Made by a program: the position numbers and the translations under genes. From Truepera sp. (GTDB lineage: Bacteria; Deinococcota; Deinococci; Deinococcales; Trueperaceae), in contig CBDCKW010000005.1 of the NCBI GenBank assembly GCA_965218435.1, positions 288,001 through 352,000 on the forward strand: a stretch of 64,000 nt of DNA. Direction: 5' to 3'. The notes beneath the pieces are model-generated. The model saw only the letters and a list, made by a program, of their open reading frames with translations, was not told where the DNA came from and searched no databases. Every line of letters begins with the position of its first letter. The first letter of the stretch is position 1. Positions 19,291 to 28,826 of the stretch are shown here, in pieces.

Positions 19291-20592
19291 TTAGGCAGCG
19301 TTCACAGTCTGCTCGAGCTTCTCAAAGCCGTCTATGATGCTCGGAATCATCCGGGCATTCTTGGCTGCTTCAAGTCTCGCGTGGGCAAGAGCTGCGACAA
19401 CACCTTTCGGCGCTTTACTTTCACCTTGCTCGAGCTGCGTTTCAAGCAAGGTGACGATGGTCTCGGGAACGTCGGCTTCCGCTTCGTCCCTGACCTCGGC
19501 ATCATCGGCGGCGAGAAGCTCACTACGAGCTTTCACCTCAGCGGTGACTTTCTCGGTCGTTTTGCGACTTTCGAGCCACCTGTCCGATGGTGCTTCTGTG
19601 GGCCAGCGAGGACCCTGGGTACGTGGTGCCGGTTGTACCCTTACGCCTTTGCCAAGCACCTCTGCCCAGTAACCTGCACTCCCACCGCGACCACATTTCT
19701 GCGGCGGCAGCGGGGGCACGAAGTCACTTACCTTCGGCCCGCCTGCCAGCTCAGCTAACGCGTCCTGGTAACTTACTTCACCCGCTTCGGAGACAAGCTC
19801 GTCGGCACGTTCGGCGACCAGAGCGCGTTCTTCGATGTCGTCTTCATCACCAAAGTGGGGTGACGAAAGCGGATCGAGGTTGCGGCTGGTGTCTCTGACA
19901 AACCGCGCGTGCTCAAAGCTCGGGGCTGAAGCACCGAACAAAGAAACGCGGCGTATCGGATCACGGGCGTCGAGTTCGGCGGCTTCTTTCCAGGTGATGT
20001 CGGCCTTGTACCCAAGACGCTGTATCACCCCGAAGTCCCGACCGCTGTTCTGCATGAAGTCTTCTTCAAGGTCCCACGGCGCGACTTTGGTCAGCGTAAG
20101 TGACCTGGTCAGCGGGTGGGTGCGTTTGACGAGCGTGTGCCAGCCATTTCTGGAGGCGGACTGCTCATCCCACAGCTCTCGAAGAAGCTCTTTGAGAACG
20201 CGGCGGTGGTTTCTCTTGCAGCGGAGGTCTAAACGACCCGAAGCTGCTGCGGGGGCGACTTTGTTCACCACGAACTTGGCGAAGTTCGGATTGTTACGCA
20301 GCCGCTGCCCGAACTCTTTCCTGACCATCTGCTCACGCGAACGCCGGTTGACGTCGTCAGCAGAGGACGAGTAAAAAGAGAAGAGCACCACATCCGAATT
20401 CACGAGGCGGACGAGGAGCCTCATGGCGAGAGGGCGGACGTCATCGGGACAGACAAGTCGAACGTTTCCGTCCAACACATCTGCTGCTCTCTTACGAGCT
20501 TCCTGGGCAAACTTGGCGTCTGCCTGATAGCGCCCCAGAAACCCTTTGACACTCTGACCAAACACAAACGTATCCTCCTGCTGGTTTTGCAT
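19291..20592 (-). CDS. Hypothetical protein (about 433 aa)
   Basis: ATG at 20592 after GGGGAAGGGG. Long protein-like ORF with no family recognised. Confidence 0.7.
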   Translation of the reverse strand: MQNQQEDTFVFGQSVKGFLGRYQADAKFAQEARKRAADVLDGNVRLVCPDDVRPLAMRLLVRLVNSDVVLFSFYSSSADDVNRRSREQMVRKEFGQRLRNNPNFAKFVVNKVAPAAASGRLDLRCKRNHRRVLKELLRELWDEQSASRNGWHTLVKRTHPLTRSLTLTKVAPWDLEEDFMQNSGRDFGVIQRLGYKADITWKEAAELDARDPIRRVSLFGASAPSFEHARFVRDTSRNLDPLSSPHFGDEDDIEERALVAERADELVSEAGEVSYQDALAELAGGPKVSDFVPPLPPQKCGRGGSAGYWAEVLGKGVRVQPAPRTQGPRWPTEAPSDRWLESRKTTEKVTAEVKARSELLAADDAEVRDEAEADVPETIVTLLETQLEQGESKAPKGVVAALAHARLEAAKNARMIPSIIDGFEKLEQTVNAA

Positions 20593-20914
20593 GTCTTTCC
20601 CCTTCCCCTGCTTGAATTCAGACAAACCTGAGACTTGGCAGTTTGGCTTGTCTGTCGTGAGCCTAGCAAGCCCTGAATGTTCTTGTGCTGTTAAGGTTCT
20701 ATTACGCGAGGGACGCAAATACAGCACAGATGCCGAATACGGATTGCACCCCTCGAAAGTTGGTGCTACACTCCAGGAGCATTTCGGTCTTCTGGACCTA
20801 CTTGAATTACCAGGCGGCAGAGTTTTCTTGGCAGTTGCTCACCGCCTGGGCTTTTTTTGCCCCGACAATAAAAAAGCCTCGCGTGGGGGCTCGAGCACTA
20901 CAAGGGTGGTGAGG

Positions 20915-21385
20915 CTACGCGTCGAACAGCTCTCTAATCGGTAGTTGCCATCCCGGTACGACCTCGCCGCCGTCGAGGGTGTCGTCTACATCCAGCACCT
21001 TGACATCGGCGTCGGGGGTGTGAACCGAAACCTGCTGCCTGCGCGGATTGACGACGACCATGCCGGAACCCGCTTCCAGCCACTCGGCCACCTTGTCGCT
21101 TACCTCGGTATAGAGGTCGTTAGGGGAGACGACCTCCACGGCTAGGTCGGGCGCACCGGGCCAGTAGCCCTGCACCGGACCAACTTCGTCGAGTCGCTTC
21201 CGGCTGATGAAGGCGGCGTCGGGGGCGCGGACGGTGTCGGGATTGCTGGCGAGCTTGAAGCCAGTCTCGGCGGCATAAACCTCGCCGAGCTTGTTGGCCC
21301 TTAGTGAGTATCGAGGAGTGTCCCAAAGTTCATCGCTAAATTTCCGTGTTCATTTGTGGTGGGCTGCACTCGAGTGGTCGCGTCT
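20915..21385 (-). pseudogene. Uma2-family endonuclease pseudogene
   Basis: GEVYAAETGF...DTVRAPDAAF...APDLAVEVVSP. Frameshift near 21300 and an N-terminal deletion. Confidence 0.85.
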
Positions 21386-22022
21386 ACCTCCTTTTTTTTG
21401 GTTCTTACCGTATTAGGAAGCTAGAGCCTTAAAGGTAAGACTGCACGGCACGTGCGGTGTTTAACGGTACTTCACGCTCCTGTCGACCTCGGAGACGGTG
21501 TGCGCTTTGTTGCCTTCGCGCTTTATAACCGTTCTCGCCACACCCTTCGTTAGCCTAAGTGGCAGCCCTTCTTACCGAACCGCACGCGTCGAGAGTTAAA
21601 GGAATCTCCTTCAAGCCGTCTTCGTCCTAGCGGGAGTTCCCACAGTTCTAGCCCGGTTGCGTAGGCAGCTGAGCGGAAGGTTACTTCAGCAACCTCTTCG
21701 GCGGCGACCCCAGCAAGTTGGGCATCATGACGTCTTTGCAACACGCATGTCTGTGTGAAGCCACTTTCTTTGTAATCTATGAAAAACTTGCCGACGTGAC
21801 CGTTCTGGTTCACCGCCCCATCGTCCGCCCGACAATCTGCTGGATCGACTTCATTCCCTCTCTGACCACCGCGCCTAACACACCCCACATCATTACGCTC
21901 GCAGATACCCGGTTTCATACCGACTGGGCTGCCGTCCCCGAAGGCTACGCGATCCCACACGTCAAAGGCGTACCACTTCCCGGCACCAACGACTTGACGC
22001 TCGAAACCTTTACCGGCAGACC

Positions 22023-22496
22023 ATGAAGCGGCTCCTGGTGTTCTTGCTAGTCACGTCTTTTGCTACGGCCCAGGATGCGCCGACACCTTTCGACGAACCC
22101 GTCGTCGCGTCGGTCGCCGGAGCCGGGGCGATCATTCAGGCCGTCGTCGGAGCGAAAGAACATGTCTTTTATCTGACGCCTGAACTGAACAGTCGGGCAC
22201 TCAAGGGTGAACTTGCCCGCCTTGCCCGGAACGTCGAGGTCTACGTGGTCGTCACCGAGGGTCGTGTCGAGGGTGCCGAGGCACTGGTCGCTGCCGGTGT
22301 TCAGGTCAGGACACTGCCACGAACCGCCGAAGGGCTGTTGCTTATCGACTATACGAAGCTCTTCGTCGGCGGCATCCTCACCGGCCTCGGCCAGGAAGCG
22401 ACCTATGTCGACCTGGAAGCTTACGGCAACGACGTCGTCGTCCAGCAGCTCAGGGGGATCTGGCAGGCGGCCACCCCGTTGGGAGAGACCCCGTGA
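22023..22496 (+). CDS. Exported hypothetical protein
   Basis: Signal peptide MKRLLVFLLVTSFATAQ. Confidence 0.65.
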   Translation: MKRLLVFLLVTSFATAQDAPTPFDEPVVASVAGAGAIIQAVVGAKEHVFYLTPELNSRALKGELARLARNVEVYVVVTEGRVEGAEALVAAGVQVRTLPRTAEGLLLIDYTKLFVGGILTGLGQEATYVDLEAYGNDVVVQQLRGIWQAATPLGETP

Positions 22497-22559
22497 ACGA
22501 ACAAAAGCCCGACTCCCAGGTTCAGCGCGAAACCCTAAAGCTGGTTTTGGGAGCAAGCC

Positions 22560-23902
22560 ATGCGTAGAACCTCGAGCACGGTTCTATTAAGCGTCTTCAT
22601 GGTTCTCGGTACCGCCCGCGCCCAGTTCCCCGATATCCCCCCCGGTCACTACGCTGAAACAGCAATTACCCAGCTGACCAACCTGGGTATCGTCACCGGG
22701 TTTCCCGACGGGCTCTTCCGGGGAGTGAGGTGTGGCAACAGCTTGCGGACGTCGAAATGGCGCTTGAAGCATTCGAGCAACGCCAAGTCCAAACCGCGCA
22801 GACGACGGAGAAGCTGGGGCGGCTCGAGGCGCGGCTGGCGGAACCCGAAGACCTGCTGATCAGGGTCGACAGCCGTACCCAAACCATGTCGGCAACCCAG
22901 AGTGCAATAGGGGAGATGCGAGCGGAGTTGACCGGAGTTCAGGAGAGTTTGACAAAGCTTGCCCAGAACGGCAAAGGTCGCCTTGAAGGGGTAGAAAACC
23001 AGCTGAACGCTCTGGAAACGCAACTTGCTACCCTCTCGGCTTCGCTCAGGTTGTTCGAGCAAGAGCAGAACAAGCTTAATAATGTTGTCGCCGACAGGCT
23101 TGTCAAAAAGCAAACGAGCGAACCGCTGGCTTTACTTACAATGGGTGGCGGGGTCGCCGGCAACGAGCCCGACTTTCTCGTCGGCCTCACCGCCCGAACA
23201 GACGTAGGCCAGGCCAGCCTTAGCGCCGACCGCCGGGGCGTCGCTGCGTATGGCGAAGCCGCTGTCCTCCCTGCCCTGGCGCTTTTTGGACGCTATACGC
23301 AGCACGCCCTTGCGCCTCAGGGGATTTCCGATGTTCGTTACGCAGCCGCGTCGGGTATTACCGCATCGCTTTACGGAGGTTATGACGGGGGCGTCGTGGT
23401 CGGAATCGACCTGACCCATGACGGGCGCGGCGAGGGCGCGCTGCTTGCAGGCGTCGATCTCTCGCTAGCTGCACTTACGAATCTCGAGGGTGAGACGGGT
23501 TTCGGCAGCGACCTGTTGTTCCAGGCGGCGACCAGTTACACCTTTCTGAGAGGATCCTTCGAGGTAACGCCTACCGCCCTGTTTCGCACAAGACTTGGCA
23601 ACGACGCCTATACCGTATATGGGGGTCGGCTCGGCATTGCTTACCTGGCTGATGCGTTGACCGCAACTCTGTCCGCACGTTACGAGGTGGCCACGGATGA
23701 TACAACCAGCACTGGACTTCCAGAAGCCAGACTGCACGTCGTGTTTCCCAGCGGCGCATTTTTTACCCTGGCCCTGGGTTCCGACCTGCCCGAGTTGTCG
23801 GCTCCTCCAAGCTTCAACGTACTCTCGCCGCTCGAGGTCGAGACCAGTGACTTTGGAGTGCGTGCGGGAATAACCGTGTCGCTAGACGAGCTTCTGCGGT
23901 GA
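22560..23902 (+). pseudogene. SLH-domain / coiled-coil / beta-rich outer-envelope protein, frameshifted
   Basis: Signal peptide plus FPDIPPGHYA...LGIVTGFPDGLFRG (SLH). The frame changes near 22725 and continues as ORF 22730-23902. Confidence 0.75.
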
Positions 23903-24252
23903 GAATCATCTTGGTCTTCCTGGTACTACTTACAGGCTGTGTGTTCGAGCGCAGTACGGGTTCGGTGCTCCAGCTCGAGGTAAGCCGCTATCCGCAGCAG
24001 GTCGAGGTAGGAACGAGCTTCGAGGTAGTGATCGATGTCTTCGGTATTCGTGAGCCGCTCGAGGTTGCGGTGACACCGGTCGAAGGGTTGCGTATCGACG
24101 AGACGGTCGGGGGAACTTTCGTGATGCTTGAAGTTACGGTCGACGCTTCGGCGACGCCCGGTGTGACGTCGATTCCGATTACCTTGCGCTCGGGTGTTCG
24201 GGAAGGGGAGATCGTCGTTGGGTTTGAAGTTCTGCCTAAAACAAAGCCCTGA
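23899..24252 (+). CDS. Ig-like lipoprotein
   Basis: Lipobox LLTGC, beta-strand-rich sequence, GTGA overlap with the upstream stop. Confidence 0.7.
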   Translation: MRIILVFLVLLTGCVFERSTGSVLQLEVSRYPQQVEVGTSFEVVIDVFGIREPLEVAVTPVEGLRIDETVGGTFVMLEVTVDASATPGVTSIPITLRSGVREGEIVVGFEVLPKTKP

Positions 24253-24269
24253 TTGTCGTATTGCTCTAC

Positions 24270-24450
24270 TCGCTTGCATATGTCAGCGCCCTTGGGGATG
24301 AAGGTTAGAGATTATGTGCAGACCAATCGGAGCGAGATGAGATAAATTTCAGGCTCAGAGAAAAGGGCGGCAAGGCGCGTGAGGTGGTGGTGCATCATCT
24401 GGCGCGGGGGCATTTAGACGACTATCTCAAGGACGCAGGTATTGAAGGAA
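24270..24450 (+). pseudogene. Tyrosine recombinase internal fragment
   Basis: ...LGMKVRDY... and FRLREKGGKAREV..HH..LDDYL..AGI. Confidence 0.55.
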
Positions 24451-24699
24451 AAATAGTACGCATAGTACCAAGTTCGTTTGCAACGACCCTGGCACCAGGT
24501 TCAGGCCCGGCATCGAACACGAAGACGACGACAAGGGTTACAGCTATATGCGGGTCAGAGCTTGTTGCAGCCTTCACGCGAAAGTCTAAAACCACATAGG
24601 TCAAGGAACCTATAAGACAAGAACCATCCTCAAGGGCAATCTGATCCTGCTCGAGGTCGCTAAACTGCCAAAAGAAACCCACAAGCCTTGGGCTTTCTG

Positions 24700-25889
24700 A
24701 TTGTCTTAGTCCGTTTCCTTGGACAAAATTAATAGGGTTTAGAATTCTGCCAGGGAGAGATATCGTGTCAGAAGGTAAAATGGTAGTCAGGCAGTACCCG
24801 ATGGAGTTCAAGGTCGATGCGGCCAAACTAGTCGAGGAGAAGGGCTATACCGTTTCAGAAGCCGCTAATAGCCTGGAGATTTCTCAAGCGAACCTCACCA
24901 AGTGGCGTAAACAGTATCGTGAGGGACGTTTACTACCCGGCCACAGGAGAGCCAAACCAACTGCTGAGGAGGTCGAGTTGCGGCGCTTGCAGAGCGAGGT
25001 GAAGCGGCTTGAAATGGAGTTAGTAACTGTAAAAAAGGCTACCATTTATTTTACGAGGCACTCGACCTGGGGTGTGCCTTCATCGAGACGCACAAGGGTG
25101 AGTTCTCGGTTGGCATGCTTTGTGGGGTGTTTGGGGTACCAAGAAGTAGCTACTATTACGCCCTTCGGCGGCGGCAAGTGCCAAGTAAACGCGAAAAAGC
25201 TAATCTTGCACTGCTCGGGCAGATCAAAACGGTGTTTACCAAGCGCAAGTGGTGCTACGGCGATCCTCGGGTTCACGCCGAACTCAACAAGCAAGAAGTG
25301 CCCTGCTCGCTGGCCCGGTTAAGCCCGATCAGGTGTGGCAAGCCGATCTAACCTACATCCGGGTCGAGCACGGCTTCGTCTACCTAGCTTGTGTGCTGGA
25401 CGGCTTTACACGTGAAATCGTTGGCTGGGCGGTGTCGAAGTTCATGAACGCCGACTTGCCCTTGACCGCTCTCAACATCGCCCTGGCCGTACGTCGTCCT
25501 GCCCCCGGTCTTTTACATCACTCTGATCAGCGGACAGGCCCGGAAGGTGCCGTTTTGTCCAAGACAAGGGGTGCAATACGCCAGCCGAACATACGTTGAG
25601 CGATTACGAACCGCAGGTATCACCCCAAGTATGTCCAGGAAGGGAAACCCCTACGACAATGCCCGCCTCGAGAGCTTTTACAAAACGCTAAAAACCGAGG
25701 AGGTCGATCTGCAAAATTATCTCGGCCTAGAAGACGCCAGACAGAACCTCGACCGCTTCATTGGCAAGTGCTACAACCACGAGCGTCTGCACTCGAGTCT
25801 CGGCTATGTCCCACCCGCCGAGTTCGCCGCCAGGTATCATTCAGCATAGAAGTGACTTGACCTCTGGTACGGTCTTTTGGGTTCACTCC
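24700..25889 (+). mobile_element. Degenerate or chimeric IS3-family element
   Basis: OrfA QYPMEFKVDAAKL. OrfB WQADLTY, HHSDQ|GVQY, GNPYDNA..ESF, HSSLGY. Internal deletion near 25310 and a 37-nt insertion at 25531-25567. Confidence 0.85.
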
Positions 25890-26151
25890 AAAAGGTTACC
25901 TAACACCTCCTATGATGAGGTTAGGCACGGCGTACGCATGTCTGAACGGATTATGCCAATGGATCGGCAGCCTGATATCCGGCGATGCGCTGTGCCCTAC
26001 TCATGGCGGGGTGTGCAAATCAACTTATGGCTGTAGAAACTCGGCTGACGGAACCTGGGCAACACCCCAAGCTCGTTATACAGACAGAACCATTCAAGCT
26101 ATGAGAGGGTAGATAATGCCTAATTAACACTTCGCCTTAGCAGCTACCCCG

Positions 26152-27183
26152 TTACACAGACAATGCTTTCATCACGGCTCTCAGCGTCGCAGCAATCTCG
26201 CCTACCCCGCCTTCGTCCTTACCGAGTTCACCCTCACCGAGTAGCGCTGCTTGTAAAGTGGTGCCGGTAGCATTCCATCCCGTCACCAGCATTCCTGGCA
26301 GGCGCGCTGCAGCATCCTGATTTTCGGCCACCGTCCGGGCATAGGCCAAAAACGAGCGCGCGACCTCCGGGTTTCGCCACGAACACGGCCAGACGGTAAA
26401 CCCGCGTTCCAAAAAGAGATCTACTGAGGCGTAGGCGGGCAGGGGCTCGTAGTGCCAATCGCACAAGATAATGTCGTTGGGAATCCCATCTAGAGCGCGG
26501 TAGGTACCGTAAACATCACCCTCCCATTCGCTGTAGCCGAGGCTGCGGGCGTCAACGAGCCGGTCAGCCCACATGAGCATCTGGGCACCGCGCTTGCCGA
26601 CCAAATGCTCATGAAGCGCGCGGGTCGTCTGCGCGAATAGCTCGGCCCGGTCCTTGCCCCGGCAGCGCGGACAGTGCTCGTCAGCCAGCGTAAAAACTTC
26701 GTCCAGACCGACGTGCAGCGCGTCGGCCTCAAACGCCTCTAGCAGCTCATCGACCAGGTCCAAGACCAGCGGCAAGACTTCCGGATGCAGCGGGCACCAA
26801 CTCCGGCAATAGATCTCCGGCCACTTGGCCCCTTCGGGCACGTGCGGAGTCTCGTCGAACTCCGGGTAGGCGCGTAGAAGTGAATTGGGCGCGCCGCCCC
26901 AGCCCTGATGGCCCAGGCATTCAAAGAGCGGAATCAGCCGGATGCCGTGCTCGCGGCAGAGCCGAGCGAGGTCGCGGGCGTCGGATTTGGTGAGCGTCCC
27001 ACCGCTGACCTCCGGATGACTCTTGAAAGTGAACGAGGTGTTGCACTCGAGCACCAAAGTATTGACGCCTAGAGGCGCAAGGGCTTCCGAAATCACGCGT
27101 TTAAGCGCCCCCACCTCCTCGTGCTGTCCAAATCGGAGATGAAAGCCTTTGAGCTGAGCTGATTGGGGTGTGGCGGCTGTCAT
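26152..27183 (-). CDS. Family 20-like glycoside hydrolase
   Basis: IPLFECLGH, LHVGLDE catalytic DE, MLMWAD, DWHY. Confidence 0.85.
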   Translation of the reverse strand: MTAATPQSAQLKGFHLRFGQHEEVGALKRVISEALAPLGVNTLVLECNTSFTFKSHPEVSGGTLTKSDARDLARLCREHGIRLIPLFECLGHQGWGGAPNSLLRAYPEFDETPHVPEGAKWPEIYCRSWCPLHPEVLPLVLDLVDELLEAFEADALHVGLDEVFTLADEHCPRCRGKDRAELFAQTTRALHEHLVGKRGAQMLMWADRLVDARSLGYSEWEGDVYGTYRALDGIPNDIILCDWHYEPLPAYASVDLFLERGFTVWPCSWRNPEVARSFLAYARTVAENQDAAARLPGMLVTGWNATGTTLQAALLGEGELGKDEGGVGEIAATLRAVMKALSV

Positions 27184-27411
27184 AGTGCTCCCTTCTCTAG
27201 CGGATGTCATTTAGCTTGAGCTGAATCCACCCTAAAAATGCTTTCTGATACGCACTTTAGGTGATAAAGTTTTACTACGCACAGGTGAGCACGCAACGTG
27301 CTGCAGGCGTAGCCCTTAACCTATATGGCGTAAAACCTATGCGAATCCAACTTAGTCATTACGCAAACCGCCGTAAACATACTTAACGGCGGCGATGACG
27401 GCTCGGTCGGT

Positions 27412-28563
27412 TCACGCCGCCTCGCCCGGTACAAGGCCGACGGCGCGGCGCGCGCCACACGACTCGCGGATTTTGAGTTCAGTCGGCAAGATGACCTGGC
27501 TGGACAGACGCAGCTTGCCTTCGGCGCGGTCAATGAGCAAATGCGCGGCTCTAAACCCAAGATCATAACGAGGCTGACGCACGCTCGTAAGCGCTACGCT
27601 CAGTTGACTGACAATCGGCAGGTCATCGAAACTGACCAAGGCTAGATCGTCGGGTATGGCGCAGCCCGCGAGCTTGGCGGCGCGGACGAACAAGATCGCG
27701 GTACGGTCGTTGACAACGAACGCCGCCGTAGGCTGTTCGCGTTGCCTGAAAAAGCTCAGGTAGGCCCTGGCTTCGTCCTCCGAACCGGGCGTGCCGCCGT
27801 AAAACCATTCTTTTACAAAAGGGACGCGGTAGTCCGAGAGCGCCTTGCGGTAGCCCTGCCACCGCTCCCAAACCGAGCTGACCGACAGGGTGTCGACGCC
27901 CGCGTTGTAGTGCACGAAGGCGACCCTGCGGTGCCCCAGCAAGATCAGGTGTTCGGTAGCTCGGTAAGCGCCGCCGACATTGTCGACCCCGACGAAATCG
28001 GTCTCAATGTCGCGGTGGCGACGGTCGACGAGCACGAATGGCGTTGGCAACTGCTCCAGTAGCGGCACCGTCGTCTCCGGCGTGTGGGCGAAGACGACTA
28101 GCCCCGCACAACCCGCCTGGACGAGCCGCTCGACTTCATAGCGTTCTTGCGCCCCACTTTCGTGAGAGTAACCGAAGCCGACCCCGTAGTCGCGGGAAAG
28201 GCAAGCCGCACGGACGCCGCGCATGATATCGGTAAAAAAAACTTCGTGCCCGTCGCCGTAGGGCAAGATAGCGCCGATGTGGCGGCCCTCACCCGCTGCC
28301 GGTCGTGAGGCGCCGGGCAGGGCCGGTGAGTCTTTGACAAAGGTGCCACGACCGGGCGCACGTTCGATGAGGTGGGCTTCGGTAAGCGCCTTCAGCGCCT
28401 GCCGCACGGTGCCCCGGCTGACTCCGAAGGTAGCCCCGATAACCGTCTCGGGCGGGAGCTGTGTGCCTGGCGTCAGCGCACCCTCAGCCATTTGATCCCT
28501 AAAATGTTCAAACAACTGTTGATGTAGAGTACGCGTGTGCTTGACCGGATCACGTTTCGACAT
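27412..28563 (-). CDS. GntR-HTH / LacI-sensor hybrid regulator (AraR-like)
   Basis: LPPE...FGVSRGTVRQAL...GRGTFV followed by a LacI-type sensor domain. Confidence 0.9.
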   Translation of the reverse strand: MSKRDPVKHTRTLHQQLFEHFRDQMAEGALTPGTQLPPETVIGATFGVSRGTVRQALKALTEAHLIERAPGRGTFVKDSPALPGASRPAAGEGRHIGAILPYGDGHEVFFTDIMRGVRAACLSRDYGVGFGYSHESGAQERYEVERLVQAGCAGLVVFAHTPETTVPLLEQLPTPFVLVDRRHRDIETDFVGVDNVGGAYRATEHLILLGHRRVAFVHYNAGVDTLSVSSVWERWQGYRKALSDYRVPFVKEWFYGGTPGSEDEARAYLSFFRQREQPTAAFVVNDRTAILFVRAAKLAGCAIPDDLALVSFDDLPIVSQLSVALTSVRQPRYDLGFRAAHLLIDRAEGKLRLSSQVILPTELKIRESCGARRAVGLVPGEAA

Positions 28564-28620
28564 GTTGGCTCCCGCAAATACTTAAAGGCTTGTCCACTGA
28601 GCTAAGATTAATCCGGCCTC

Positions 28621-28684
28621 TTGACAAGTTATATCATGCACGCTACTTTGTCTATACCAATAATAGATTTTGTTTGTACCAATA
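28621..28684 (+). promoter_or_regulatory. Sigma70 promoter with a tandem operator
   Basis: TTGACA-17 nt-TACTTT. Direct repeats TTTGTCTATACCAATA and TTTGTTTGTACCAATA lie 22 bp apart and overlap the -10 and +1. Confidence 0.65.
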
Positions 28685-28826
28685 GCTCGTTAGGCGGGCC
28701 AAATGGAGAGGGAGGACCCTATACGACCATCCGATTAGTTCAGTTTCAAAGCACACCCGTAGCTACCCACCGTCAGGTATCTCATGCTCATTTGAGCTGC
28801 TGAATACACCCTTAGAGGAGAGCCGT

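Noticed and set aside
20700..20725. GGGACGCAAA as a c-di-GMP-I riboswitch
   Set aside because: The GCAAACC/GNRA partner elements are missing and the motif is antisense to the adjacent gene.
25535..25547. CAGGCCCGGAAGG as SRP RNA
   Set aside because: Only 13 nt match, the downstream AGCAG and long stem are absent, and it lies inside an IS.
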